Assembly (NCBI GenBank): GCA_963702845.1
Contig: OY969763.1
Span: 1,824,001 to 1,888,000 of the forward strand
DNA from: an uncultured Verrucomicrobiae bacterium
GTDB taxonomy: Bacteria; Verrucomicrobiota; Verrucomicrobiia; Limisphaerales; Palsa-1400
Length of the DNA: 64,000 nucleotides
Direction of reading: 5' to 3'
The notes below the pieces were generated by a model. The model was not told the DNA's origin. It saw nothing but the letters and a program-made list of their open reading frames with translations, and searched no databases. Made by a program: the position numbers and the translations under genes. Every line of letters starts with the position of its first letter. The stretch's first letter is position 1. Of this stretch, positions 30,131-41,199 are shown one piece after another.

Positions 30131-31528
30131 CTATTTTTCCACACGACTCCGAACTTCTCCGTCGCTCAAAGTCGTCTTAAGCGTTTGCCCTTCCTTCGTT
30201 TCACCCGCATTGCGCAAAATTCTCCCGGTCTTCTCGTCAACCGTGATCGAGTAACCACGTGCCAGAACCTGTTGCGGGCCCAAGAGGCGCAGGCCTGATT
30301 GAACTGCCGAAAAGCGGTGCCGCACATTGCGCAATTGGTGCGCAAGCAAATCGCGCAGTCGCTGCTGCTGTTGTTGTAGAGTTTGTCGTCGTTCAAACAG
30401 TAGCTGGGCCAATCGAACACGCGTCAGTTGCGAACTCGCACTCTGCTGGCGTTGTCTAAAATCTTTCAATGCCTGCCGAACACAACGAGTGAGCCCCAAC
30501 TGCAGGTCATCGATCTGTTGCGCGCTTTCGTTCAGTTGCCGACGCGGATGAAACGCCTGCAGGCGTTCGCCAAGTTGTTGGTAATGCCGGCGTTCACCTG
30601 CGATCCGTTGTCGCAGACGATCTCGCAAAACATTTGGAACCTGCGTCATCCAACGGCAACCGGCGAACACGCCTTCAGTCAGAAGTTCGGCGGCAGCGCT
30701 TGGTGTTGCCGCGCGCAAATCAGCGACGAAATCGCTGATGGTGAAGTCGATCTCATGACCGACTGCGGAAACGACCGGCAACGCAGAATTGAAAATAGCA
30801 CGCGCAACGACCTCTTCATTGAAGGCCCAAAGATCTTCCAGGCTTCCGCCGCCGCGGGTAATCAGAATCAAATCGAGTTTCGCGGCAGACTCGTTCGACC
30901 AATCATTCAGCAGCCGGATTGCTGACGCGATTTCTCCGCCGGCGCCTTGTCCCTGGACAGCGGACGGTGCGAGAATAATTTCCAACGAAGAATTTCTACG
31001 TGCGATCACGTGCAGCACGTCACGAATGGCCGCACCCGTCGGCGATGTCACCAGCCCGATCCGCGCAGGGTAGGGCGGCAGCCGCCGCTTTCGCTCCGGC
31101 GCAAACAGCCCTTCACCATCCAACTTTTGCTTGAGCTTTTCGAACGCGATTTGCAAAGCGCCGACACCGTGTAGTTCGACGTCGAGCACATGCAACTGAT
31201 ACTGCCCGCGCGCTTCGTAGACCGTCATCTCGCCTTTTAGCACAACCTTCCGGCCGTCCTCGAGATATTCGCGATGCGCGATCGGGTCAGTGCGAAAAAC
31301 GATGCAGCTCAGTTGCGCGTTGGCATCTTTCAGCGTGAAGTAAACATGGCCCGAACTTTGAGCGCGGAAGTTTGTAATTTCGCCGGTGACCCAGATGGTT
31401 CCGATTTGCTTCTCAAGCAGTCGGCGAACTTCGGTATTGAGCTCCGAGACTGAGAAAACGCGGCGCATCTCCGCGACGGAGAACAACTCGTCTCCAAAGT
31501 CCCATTGCGATGTGCTCGATTTCGGCAT
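30131..31528 (-). CDS. xseA: Exodeoxyribonuclease VII large subunit
   Basis: SGHVYFTLKD, TSPTGAAIRD, RGGGSLEDL, VGHEID, TPSAAAE. Confidence 0.97.
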   Translation of the reverse strand: MPKSSTSQWDFGDELFSVAEMRRVFSVSELNTEVRRLLEKQIGTIWVTGEITNFRAQSSGHVYFTLKDANAQLSCIVFRTDPIAHREYLEDGRKVVLKGEMTVYEARGQYQLHVLDVELHGVGALQIAFEKLKQKLDGEGLFAPERKRRLPPYPARIGLVTSPTGAAIRDVLHVIARRNSSLEIILAPSAVQGQGAGGEIASAIRLLNDWSNESAAKLDLILITRGGGSLEDLWAFNEEVVARAIFNSALPVVSAVGHEIDFTISDFVADLRAATPSAAAELLTEGVFAGCRWMTQVPNVLRDRLRQRIAGERRHYQQLGERLQAFHPRRQLNESAQQIDDLQLGLTRCVRQALKDFRQRQQSASSQLTRVRLAQLLFERRQTLQQQQQRLRDLLAHQLRNVRHRFSAVQSGLRLLGPQQVLARGYSITVDEKTGRILRNAGETKEGQTLKTTLSDGEVRSRVEK

Positions 31529-31577
31529 GCCTCACCGCGACTTTACGTGAAGAGGCAGCGATGCGAAACGAGAAAAG

Positions 31578-31817
31578 CTATGCTCGATCCTGCAAAGCCA
31601 TTACGCCTTGATGATGAGCGCAATTGGCGCAGCAATACATAACACCGCTCGTCTCAACGCCATGACCAATGATCCGGCAATCGCAATGCGCGCATCGCGG
31701 CGCAAGCGCATGGATCGCGCATTCAAACGAATCAAAATAATGCGAGATGCCATCCACTATAATCTCGAGCGTTTTATCGTATTCGTTCCCGCAAACTTCA
31801 CACACGTCCTGTGGCAT
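31578..31817 (-). CDS. Cys-rich prokaryotic metallothionein-like protein
   Basis: CEVCGNEYDK..FDSFECAI..CAHCDCRIIGHG..YCCANCA; GAGG RBS. Confidence 0.8.
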   Translation of the reverse strand: MPQDVCEVCGNEYDKTLEIIVDGISHYFDSFECAIHALAPRCAHCDCRIIGHGVETSGVMYCCANCAHHQGVMALQDRA

Positions 31818-31826
31818 AAAACCTCC

Positions 31827-33695
31827 TCATGCAATAAACGGCTCTTCCTGCAAACTGGCAATGAACTCCAGCGCACGATGCACCTCAGTAACGATCCCCG
31901 CGGCATCAATGCCGAAACGCGCCATCAGCTCTTCCGGTTTTGCCGAATGCGCCAGCGATGACACCGCCAATCTACGGACCGCAACGCGATCTTCACTTAA
32001 TGCCGCTGCAACCGCTTCGCCCAGGCCGCCTTCGTGATAATGATCTTCAACGGTGACAACAACGTTGTTCGTTTTTCGTGCAGCCTCACGCAGCAACTCA
32101 GTCGCCAGAGGTTTGATGCTATAAGCGTCGATAACCGTAATGCCAATCTGCTCATGGTTCAGTTGGTCCGCGGCTTTCAACGCCTCATGGACCGTCACAC
32201 CACTGGCAACAACGGTGACTTGATCGTGGTCGTGTTGGTGCAGGATTTTTGCACCGCCAAATTCAAAATCCTCATCCACACTATAAAGCACCGGCGTTTT
32301 TGGTCGTAACGTGCGCAAATAGCTGATCCCATCGTGGCGCGCCATCGCTTCGACCAGACGCTCTGTACTGACGGCGTCGCATGGACAAAGCACAACACTG
32401 CCTTCAACAGCGCGCATCATAGAAATGTCCTCGAGCCCCATTTGCGAAGGCCCGTCTTCGCCGATGCTGACTCCGGCGTGCGACCCGCAAAGTTTCAAGT
32501 CCGCAAACGAAACTGCGGACATACGGATCTGGTCATAGGCACGGCTCAGGAAGCAGGCGAACGTCGACGCAAACGGTTTTTTGCCGCGCGTGCCCATGCC
32601 AATCGCCACACCAACCATGTTCTGTTCAGCGATGTAGCACTCGACCGATCGTTCTGGGAATTTTTTGAAAAATGTTTCGGAATAAGTGGAATTCTTCACG
32701 TCGCCGTCGAGCGCAACAACGCTCTGATCAACCTCCCCGATGCGAGCCAAGGCTGTTCCGTAAGCTTCACGCGTCGCCACCTTGTCCCCTTGCTTATAAG
32801 AAATGGGCGGAAAATTCGAAGTCCGCACGCGAGGCTTCGGCTCGACCTGTGCCGGCTTCGGAATGTTAATTCCCACGACGGACTGCGCCTTCGGTAGTAA
32901 CATTGCGATCGCCTTCTTCGCGTCGGCTTCCGGCAATGGTTTACCGTGCCAGTTGTCTTTGTCCGCGACCTCGAGGCCTTTGCCTTTGATCGTTTTCGCA
33001 ACAATGCAGAACGGCTGTTCGCCCTGGCCAACCGTCTTTAACGCGGCGAGAATTTCCTCAACGTTATGCCCGTCGATCGTTACCGCGCGCCACCCAAACG
33101 CCTCGAAACGCCGTCGGTAAACTTCCACGTCATGACCAAATGCAGTCTGCTGGCTTTGCCCGAGCCGATTGACGTCGATGATTGCGACCAAGTCGTTAAG
33201 CTTGCGAACACCGGCGAGCGACGCAGCTTCCCAAACACTGCCTTCAGCACATTCGCCGTCACCGAGCATTACGTAAGTACGAAAATCGAAGTGATCAATG
33301 TTCGCACTAATCGCCATTCCAACTCCATTGCTCAGACCTTGACCAAGCGAACCGGTTGCAACATCGACAAACGGCAATCGTGGAGTCGGATGACCCTCCA
33401 AATCAGAATCGATTTTCCGCAGGTCGATTAAGCGTTCCACTGGAAACAAACCGGCTTCGGCCCAGGCCGCATAGAGCAGGGGGGCGGCATGGCCTTTCGA
33501 GAGAATGAACCGGTCGTTATTGGGGTATTGCGGATTTTTAGGATCAAACCGCATGTGACCAAAAAACAAAGCGGCCACCAACTCCGCGGCGGAGCAGCAG
33601 GAAGTTACGTGGCCGCTTCCAGCCGCTGTTGTGGCGGCAATGGAATGGATGCGCAATTGATTAGCAATTGCTTCAAGTTGTTTGGGAGTCGCCAT
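31827..33695 (-). CDS. tkt: Transketolase (single chain)
   Basis: SGHVTS, LSKGHAAP, TGSLGQG, GDGE, IAEQNM, GEDGPSQ. Confidence 0.96.
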   Translation of the reverse strand: MATPKQLEAIANQLRIHSIAATTAAGSGHVTSCCSAAELVAALFFGHMRFDPKNPQYPNNDRFILSKGHAAPLLYAAWAEAGLFPVERLIDLRKIDSDLEGHPTPRLPFVDVATGSLGQGLSNGVGMAISANIDHFDFRTYVMLGDGECAEGSVWEAASLAGVRKLNDLVAIIDVNRLGQSQQTAFGHDVEVYRRRFEAFGWRAVTIDGHNVEEILAALKTVGQGEQPFCIVAKTIKGKGLEVADKDNWHGKPLPEADAKKAIAMLLPKAQSVVGINIPKPAQVEPKPRVRTSNFPPISYKQGDKVATREAYGTALARIGEVDQSVVALDGDVKNSTYSETFFKKFPERSVECYIAEQNMVGVAIGMGTRGKKPFASTFACFLSRAYDQIRMSAVSFADLKLCGSHAGVSIGEDGPSQMGLEDISMMRAVEGSVVLCPCDAVSTERLVEAMARHDGISYLRTLRPKTPVLYSVDEDFEFGGAKILHQHDHDQVTVVASGVTVHEALKAADQLNHEQIGITVIDAYSIKPLATELLREAARKTNNVVVTVEDHYHEGGLGEAVAAALSEDRVAVRRLAVSSLAHSAKPEELMARFGIDAAGIVTEVHRALEFIASLQEEPFIA

Positions 33696-33763
33696 AATTT
33701 GATTCCTCCTCGTCCCGCTCCTCGAACATCAAAATCGAGGACACGGACGAGAACGATTGGTTG

Positions 33764-34060
33764 TTATTCCTCTCCCACAAGCACTGTCGCTACCGGTTTA
33801 TATCCGCTTTTCAGCAACAGTTCGTGCAACTCCGGAATATTTGTCCGGCGCGCATCGAATGTGACAGTGGCTACTGCATTTTCGCGATCGATCTTAATGG
33901 ACTTCACTCCCGGGTTCTGGTGAAAGGCTTTTTCGATCTTCTTAACGCACCGGTCGCACGTCATGCCGGCGATGCCTAAAGATTTCGTTTCCAGAAGTTC
34001 CCCTTGTGCAGCGGTTGTGTGAATCCCACGTGTCGCGACCTCGGTATTGGTCTCGTCCAT
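33764..34060 (-). CDS. Heavy-metal-associated (HMA/CopZ-like) protein
   Basis: IAGMTCDRCV motif. Confidence 0.88.
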   Translation of the reverse strand: MDETNTEVATRGIHTTAAQGELLETKSLGIAGMTCDRCVKKIEKAFHQNPGVKSIKIDRENAVATVTFDARRTNIPELHELLLKSGYKPVATVLVGEE

Positions 34061-34164
34061 ACTGTAATTCCTCCTGTGAATAACTCGCACAGGAACTGCG
34101 TGGGGGCAACCACTGAAAAAGAGACAGGGACTACCCCGTTGAACAAACAGTAACCACTATTCGT

Positions 34165-35910
34165 TTATGCAGCCATCGCCCGCGGCGGATCGGTCGGCTT
34201 CGGAGCTGATGGTTTGCCGTTTTTTTTGGCTAAAATTTCCTTAGCGCGTTCAAGTGAGATTTCGATATCCGCGCACGTGTTTTCGCGACCGAGGACATCG
34301 AGAAACCCAGAACGATCCATCATGAACAGCGGCTGTGTGTGTGGGCCGCTCAGGATGAGATACTTGCCGCGCGCGCGCAGTTTGTTGTGCAAACTCTCCA
34401 GTGCAGCTAATCCGGTCGCATCCATCGCCAACACCTTTCGCATGCGCAAAATTAAAATATCCGGTTCCTGTCGCGCACGCTTAAGCGCCGTCTCCAGCTT
34501 GTCGACTGCCCCGAAAAAGAATGCGCCGAAAATCCGAAACACCATTACTTCCGGGGGAATTTCTTTTCCGATGATTGAGTGATGTGCACCTTCCGTTTCG
34601 GTGCTTTCGTCGACTGCCGTGACCTGCGTCGTTTCCGAAATGCGTTTGATGAACAGCACAGCTGCGAGCACCATCCCGATTTCCACCGCATACACTAAAT
34701 CCACCAGCACTGTTAAACCAAACGTCGCCAGGAAGACCGCCGCATCGCTCTTTGGCCAATGACTCAAACGCGCAAAATGCCGCCAGTCCCCCATGTTAAA
34801 TGCGACGATCACAAGCACCGCACTCAGCGTCGCAAGCGGAATATGCGCTGCCAGTGGCGCGGCCGCTAAAATAATCACGAGCAGCGTGATTGCATGGACG
34901 ATTCCAGCGACAGGCGTGCGACCGCCATTTTTCACGTTCGTGGCGGTGCGCGCGATCGCGCCAGTTGCCGGAATTCCGCCGAACAACGCCGCGCCGATAT
35001 TCGCCAAACCTTGCGCCATCAATTCCTGATTGGAATCGTGTTTGTCGTCGATCATGCCGTCGGCAACAACCGCGCACAGCAGCGATTCAATCGCGGCGAG
35101 CAAAGCAATCGTCAGCGCGGGACGAAAAAGTCCCTGCACATCAGTGAACGAAATGTGCGGAAACTGCAGAGGCGGCAGCGAACGCGGAATGCCGCCGAAA
35201 CGCGAGCCGATTGTTTCCAAACCCCACGTTTTATCGAGCGAAAATACCATCGTTGCAACGGTCGCAAAAACCAGCGCGACAATCGAACCGGGCACGCGCC
35301 GCGCGAGCTTTGTCGGCCACGCAATGATGATCGCCAGCGAACCCGCAGCCATGACAAACGTCTGCCAGCCCATTGCGTTGAACCCATCTACTGCGAATAA
35401 TTTGAACGCCTCAATCAGTTTGCCCACAAAATCCGCTGGAAGTTTTTCGATATGCAGCCCGAGAAAATCTTTGATTTGCGTGCTGAAGATCAGCACCGCG
35501 ATCCCGGAAGTGAAACCCGTGGTAACAGGGTGGGGAATATATTTGATCATTGTGCCCATGCGCACCAATCCCATGATGAGCAGAATGACGCCGGCCATAA
35601 TCGTGCACAGAATCAAATTGTTCAGCCCGTACTGCGTGATGACACCGTAAACGATCGCAACGAATGCGCCGGTCGGCCCGCCAATTTGCACGCGTGAACC
35701 GCCGAAAAGGGAAATAATGAAACCGGCAACTATCGCCGTATAAATGCCGGCGCGGGGATCAACTCCCGACGCAATACCAAAGGCCATTGCCAGCGGCAGA
35801 GCAACGATACCGACCGTGACACCCGCGGTCAGATCGCGGAAAAAATCCCGTCGCGAATACCCCTTGAATACCTCCAATAATTTCGGCCGAAACGGAGATT
35901 TAGAAAACAT
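34165..35910 (-). CDS. SulP/SLC26 anion transporter with STAS domain
   Basis: GIVALPLAMAF, QIGGPTGAF, ESLLCA, NQELMAQG, MDATGL. Confidence 0.95.
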   Translation of the reverse strand: MFSKSPFRPKLLEVFKGYSRRDFFRDLTAGVTVGIVALPLAMAFGIASGVDPRAGIYTAIVAGFIISLFGGSRVQIGGPTGAFVAIVYGVITQYGLNNLILCTIMAGVILLIMGLVRMGTMIKYIPHPVTTGFTSGIAVLIFSTQIKDFLGLHIEKLPADFVGKLIEAFKLFAVDGFNAMGWQTFVMAAGSLAIIIAWPTKLARRVPGSIVALVFATVATMVFSLDKTWGLETIGSRFGGIPRSLPPLQFPHISFTDVQGLFRPALTIALLAAIESLLCAVVADGMIDDKHDSNQELMAQGLANIGAALFGGIPATGAIARTATNVKNGGRTPVAGIVHAITLLVIILAAAPLAAHIPLATLSAVLVIVAFNMGDWRHFARLSHWPKSDAAVFLATFGLTVLVDLVYAVEIGMVLAAVLFIKRISETTQVTAVDESTETEGAHHSIIGKEIPPEVMVFRIFGAFFFGAVDKLETALKRARQEPDILILRMRKVLAMDATGLAALESLHNKLRARGKYLILSGPHTQPLFMMDRSGFLDVLGRENTCADIEISLERAKEILAKKNGKPSAPKPTDPPRAMAA

Positions 35911-36156
35911 GGCACAACATTCTTTTCTGGATATTAAAAATGCACCAGAAAAAACTTTCATGGAAATTTTTTAACTGAGCAGATCGGTAGGCTCCTCAGC
36001 GATACGACTGAATTTTACCATCGCAAGGGAATGTGAGTATTGACCTAAGTCGTGTCTATCGAACAAGGTAGAAGTCGATACCAATGAGCTCTGTCGGCAT
36101 AACAACATTTGTCGTGACAAGCGACGGCAACCGCCTATATTGCAGCACTCTTTGAC

Positions 36157-36231
36157 GACCCTATCGTCTAGCGGTTAGGACACTGCCCTTTCACGGCAGC
36201 GGCACGGGTTCGATTCCCGTTAGGGTCGCCA
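36157..36231 (+). tRNA. tRNA-Glu (TTC)
   Basis: GACCCTATCGTCTAGCGGTTAGGACACTGCCCTTTCACGGCAGCGGCACGGGTTCGATTCCCGTTAGGGTCGCCA: cloverleaf, anticodon TTC, CCA end. Confidence 0.97.
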
Positions 36232-36568
36232 TTCTTTTTTCCGACCTGCAATTCTCTTGTAACATGTTGAAGATGAGACTCGTTGTGGCGGTTCGATATT
36301 CTCCATCCTTAAATTCGAGTCCTCCGGGGAAAAGTAATTTTTGAAACCGCTGTCTCTGTGACAGGGAGAATTCCTTCCAAAGGTGCGCCGCGTTCGTCAG
36401 GACATTCTCTGCAAGCGCGAGAACACCTTCGATGTCGAGTTCATCGACCTTTGCTTCTTCGAGTTCAAGTTGTACCCGTCACCATAAGTTCGTTAGTTAA
36501 GAAGGAACAAAACAATTACGAACTGTCAGTTCGTTCCCGTCAAGTCTGTTGTCGGGCACGATTGCGAC

Positions 36569-36799
36569 GTGGAACTGTCAAAGACGCAAACGCAAAAAGC
36601 TTTCGGAGCTAATTTGCGTCGCGTCCGAACCGCTGCCGGTTTTACTCAGTCAAAGCTCGCCGAATGCATCAACCTCGAACTACGCACCATACAGAAGTTT
36701 GAGGCAGGGGAAATCAACGTCCCCCTGTTCAATATCGTGCGACTTCAACGCGTGCTGCGCTGTTCTTGGCAGGATTTGTTAGGAGAATCCAAACAATAG
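36569..36799 (+). CDS. XRE-family HTH regulator
   Basis: FGANLRRVR..FTQSKLAE..TIQKFEAGEIN. Confidence 0.85.
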   Translation: MELSKTQTQKAFGANLRRVRTAAGFTQSKLAECINLELRTIQKFEAGEINVPLFNIVRLQRVLRCSWQDLLGESKQ

Positions 36800-36831
36800 G
36801 CTGTTGTATGCCGTAGTTGCATTCAACAGGA

Positions 36832-37182
36832 TCATTTGCCCCAATAAGTGATGTCCCAGCTGCTTTCAAGTTTCGTAGCCTGAGGAATAAACAACCTGTG
36901 GACTAGCCAAATCAGCTTGCGCCCGGCGGCGTTTGGAACCCGGTTTCCTTTTTCCCATTTGCGCACAACAACAACCGACACTCCGAGCAACCCCGCCAAC
37001 GACGCTCGTGACAAGACAAGCCGCTGGCGTAGATCGAGGAGCATTGCCTGAATCTCTGGTGGTTTCGGGGCAAACAGCTTTGACAACTGGACTGCCAGTT
37101 CGCCGGACAGATTTGGTCGAATTCTCGTCCCATCAGTCAGCGCTATAACGCTTCGCCGATATGAGATTCGTTGACCGTTCAT
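36832..37182 (-). CDS. HTH protein (XRE/HigA-like C-terminal HTH)
   Basis: LRQRLVLSRASLAGLLGVS..VRKWEKGNRVP. Confidence 0.7.
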   Translation of the reverse strand: MNGQRISYRRSVIALTDGTRIRPNLSGELAVQLSKLFAPKPPEIQAMLLDLRQRLVLSRASLAGLLGVSVVVVRKWEKGNRVPNAAGRKLIWLVHRLFIPQATKLESSWDITYWGK

Positions 37183-37613
37183 TGGTGATACCTTGTATCA
37201 GATATGGTCACACAACGCACGTTTCATCCGTTTGTGATCCTGACGTGGCGTATTTCTAAAAGAGTCAATTTGAAAAACGTCATACTGGAAGCACAGAGGC
37301 ATCTTCGTTCGCTAATTTGACCCCCCGGCCACCCCCGCTTCCCACCGGGGGAGGGCACCGGTTCCAACTACGGACAGTCGGACCTATTGTTTTGGCATCG
37401 GCGACGGTGTGTCGATCAATTCGGTTGACGCGATTCTACTGGTCGTCAGCGTTGATGTTGGTATAACCGATTCAGTGGCTTCGCCGGTAAATGCGTCGCA
37501 AAAGACGACTAGACGCTTTCCGGCTGCGACTTTTCCGAAGGTTTTAAGTTGCCGTAGGAAGGAACAAGTTTGATTCCATGTCGCACCCGTTAGGGTCGCC
37601 ATCATTTTATCCC

Positions 37614-39198
37614 ATGGTGATGGCATCCGCCGTTTACAAACTGCACGCCGCTCTCGCAATCGCCTTTCTCATTTGCTTCGCCGGAACAGCGAGCGATGCA
37701 TCAAATCAGCTTGCAAATATTCCTGCAGTTCGCGCGCAGAATTTCAAAACCCAAAAAGTCTATCAATCACAACAACACCCGAGTTACACGTCGTGGACTT
37801 CGTTTTTTCCGGGTGAACATGGCCAATGGTATTTAGGCTGTGAAGAGGTGACCACGCCCGCCACGCCTTTGCCTCGTCCATCGAGAGAATGGCTATACGG
37901 AATGAGCCTTCCACGCGGCTACGAGCAATCCAAGTTTCTCAAACAACTTGTGCTGCTTCAATCAGATGACGATTTGAAGTCGTGGCGCGTCATCTCGCGT
38001 GAAGACGTCCGAGAAAGCGGCGGATCCTTTGGTCAGGCCCGCACCATAGACGGACGATTTCTTCGTTTCGTCTGGGCCTGCTATTCGGAGGACCTTTCCA
38101 CAAAGCCGAACGAAATCTTTTACGAATCCGACGACGACGGAAAAACGTGGAACAAAAAGCCGCCATTCGTCAGTGATCGATTCGCATGGTATCCGCATCG
38201 CCTGCGCACTCTGCGGGAGGGGACATTGGGCCTCTGCGCGCCCAGAGCGTTCAAGTGGGGAAATGGAACCGATTACCCAGTTCGCGCCGCCATCAAGCTC
38301 GACACCATGAGTGACATGGAAATGATGTTGTTCTTTTCGCGCGACCAGGGAAGAACCTGGTCAAATCCGCTGCCGATCCTGAGTGGCCAGGCGGTGTCAG
38401 AAACCGATTTTGTCGAACTACCCGACGGAAACCTTCTATTCTTTAATAACAGCATTTTCGCCCATCCCGGCCGGCAATTTGTATATCGCGATCGAAACCG
38501 TTTTACGCCCGGCCCGCTGGAGCTTGTCCATTCGGGAACAGTTCCCGAGTCCGTTTGTTTGATCGAAAATGGCATTCTCATCGGCTGCATGCGTCCGGGG
38601 AAATATTCTTGGTCAACCGACCTCGGGCAAAATTGGCAGCCGCTCGAAGGTGCCCCCGACAACATGGACGTCTATCAGCCGTGGATTCAACACCTCGGTC
38701 ACAGCCGCGTCGCCTGCGCCGGCCACCATGGCGCTGATGATCCGATCGGCGGCCGAGACCAATTTATCAGCGTCCAAACGTTCGATGTCGAAACCCTCCA
38801 AAAACGGTCCGATGCAAAACTTTGGATCGAGCGAGACATCGACGAGCTAAAGCACAATTTTCTGAACGCATTCGAAATCTCGCTCACTTCAAATGGCGTA
38901 GCGGTTACGAATCGAGACGTCGAGGTTTGGTATGTCGCTCGCGGCGCGCCTGGTTACGATTCCTGGAACAGCCGACCCCTGGCAGATACGGATGAAGATG
39001 GGCGGCAAAATAGTCACGCTGGGCACCGACAAAAATGGCCATGCCAAATTGCGCTTGCCGGAATTCGATGGCATCACAGACATCCACGCCAGCTACCAAA
39101 TGGTGGTCCGCTTCAATGCCAGCCAACGTTACATCGACTTCAATCCCACCCAACTTCCACAAGTCGAATACTACGCCAACAGCGGCTGGGACCCGTAA
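37614..39198 (+). CDS. Secreted BNR/Asp-box (sialidase-like) protein; frameshift near 38985
   Basis: Asp boxes QSDDDLKSW, ESDDDGKTW, FSRDQGRTW, WSTDLGQNW; C-terminus continues in ORF 38932-39198. Confidence 0.75.
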
Positions 39199-39849
39199 CT
39201 ACTGAACCAACGCGTAATCAACGCCCGGCTGTGTGTAGGAAAACGTCATTTCGTTCGAGTTAAACCGACCATACGTTCCCGCGTGCGTGTCGGCGAAGAG
39301 CACGTTGACTTTATGATTGTGCGCCGGTGACGGATTCCAAAAGAGCGTGTCCTGCGTGTAATTATCCGGATCGGCATCAGTCGGCGTAAAATCCCAGTTA
39401 CAATCGCCAGATAAGATATATTGGCTCGGCACGAAAACTTTCTTTAGCGAAACCGGCGCGTCATTGTCGTTCGCATCGATGTAAGCAGCCCGCGATCCGA
39501 GAAAATAACTGTAGGGCGACTGATGATAAAATTCAGTGAACGCCGCGCACCGCACGACGTTCGTGTTTTTGTAATACGGCGCGAGCATTCGCAACCACGG
39601 AACCGGACTCGTGCTCGTCCATGGCACATCGCCGTTCGCCTGCGGCAACAACGACACATTGTCGTCCCCGTACATCACCATCGCGTTACCGAGTTGCTTG
39701 AGGTTGCTCATGCATTGAATGGTGATCGCGCGCTCTTTTGCTTTCGCCAGGCTCGGCAACAGCATCGCCGCAAGTATCCCGATGATGGCGATAACCACCA
39801 ACAGTTCGATTAATGTAAACGCACCGTTCTTTGCTCGTGATGTCTTCAT
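39199..39849 (-). CDS. Prepilin-type N-terminal cleavage/methylation protein (H-X9-DG-like C-terminus)
   Basis: [44 protein letters not shown]. Confidence 0.9.
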   Translation of the reverse strand: MKTSRAKNGAFTLIELLVVIAIIGILAAMLLPSLAKAKERAITIQCMSNLKQLGNAMVMYGDDNVSLLPQANGDVPWTSTSPVPWLRMLAPYYKNTNVVRCAAFTEFYHQSPYSYFLGSRAAYIDANDNDAPVSLKKVFVPSQYILSGDCNWDFTPTDADPDNYTQDTLFWNPSPAHNHKVNVLFADTHAGTYGRFNSNEMTFSYTQPGVDYALVQ

Positions 39850-39907
39850 ACAAAACGCTCCGTTCTGTATGACTGACTCGATGCCCGCTGCCGAATATTC
39901 AAACCAA

Positions 39908-40989
39908 CTAGCGAGGTAAAACTTTTCGCAAAATCGGTGTAACCTTTTCCGCCATGCGATAGAACCCGAGGTCAGTCGCATGCGTCCCATCAACCGTTGC
40001 TTCACCATCGCTGCCGATCAAATTGTTCGACGGTCACATACTGCAAATTGCGCACGCCTGAACGTTTCAGATTTTCGTATGCTGTTTTGAGCGCCGCATT
40101 TGATTTGATGTAACCGCGCCACCCTTCAGCAAAGGGCGCATCGCAATACTCAACATTTTCAACGAGCACGATCGGCGTCTTCGGATGCGCGGCGCGCAAC
40201 GTTTTCACAAATGGCTCCATCCTCTCGCGAACTTTGACCTCCGTCATATTCGGCAGCGGATCGAGCACATAAACTTGCGGATCAAGTTCCGCGAGCAATT
40301 GCGCCAGCTCCGGTTCCGACCATGCGTTTCCGGAAAACCCGAGGTTGATTGTTGGCCAATCCAACCAACGTCCAACAATCGCCGGATACGCCATGCCAGG
40401 TCGCGAAGCGCAACCGCCTTGCAGAATCGAAGTACCATAGAAGACGATTGGTTTTCGCGTTCGGACGGGTGCTGGTTCGCAGATGCTGTTTGTCGTCACG
40501 CCGATCTCCACCGACTCGACACCATTATACAACGGCAGATAAACCATGTATTCCCGCGTGCCCGGTTTTATGCCGCGCACAAGTCGCAACTTCGTTGGAA
40601 GGAAACTGCTTCGGCCGGCCCTGCGCCAACCCAGTGCCACTTTCCATTTTCTTTGGTGTAAAGATCAAGACCGCTGACGCCGCTGGCTGGCATGTGCGCC
40701 ATGGCAAGTTGGTTCTGCGCAAAACCCAACGCGCCGCAATCTCCGGCGAGTTGCAGATGAATCGTATCGCCATGCCCGCTGAGTCTTGCGACAAACTCCA
40801 CACAGCACCGCGCACAACGCCTTTGGCCGACTAAGGAAGTCGATCGTAGAACTTAAACGTATTCGTCCACCCTTTGCCTTCGACGGTCAGCGCGCGCGCG
40901 TCATGCCAAATCAGATTCTTCGATGCACTTGTATCCGCAGCGGAGCAGGTGAGGGCGAAAAGCACTAGAGCAATGAGTTGCTTGAACAT
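39908..40989 (-). CDS. SGNH/GDSL hydrolase with GxDLY N-terminal domain; multiple frameshifts
   Basis: Signal peptide, [38 protein letters not shown] across several frames. Confidence 0.8.
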
Positions 40990-41199
40990 GCCGGAAGGTT
41001 TTCCGAAGATCGCGATGTCTACAAACAAAAAGAACTCTCCCTCTTGAGACATCCCGAGGGAGAGCAACGGGCTACCCCACTCGGGGCAGTCCGTTCTCAC
41101 ACAACATCTCTGCCGTGCGAGTCGCGTTTACTCGTCAACGAACTCGCAAAGAATGTCTGTCAGACGAACAGTGGACTGCATGTCCGTGTTTGTCCGACG

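Larger units (their letters stand above)
36216..37602. mobile_element. tRNA-anchored islet bounded by a 17-bp direct repeat (attL/attR-like)
   Basis: CCCGTTAGGGTCGCCAT at 36216-36232 (tRNA 3' end) and 37586-37602. Confidence 0.8.
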
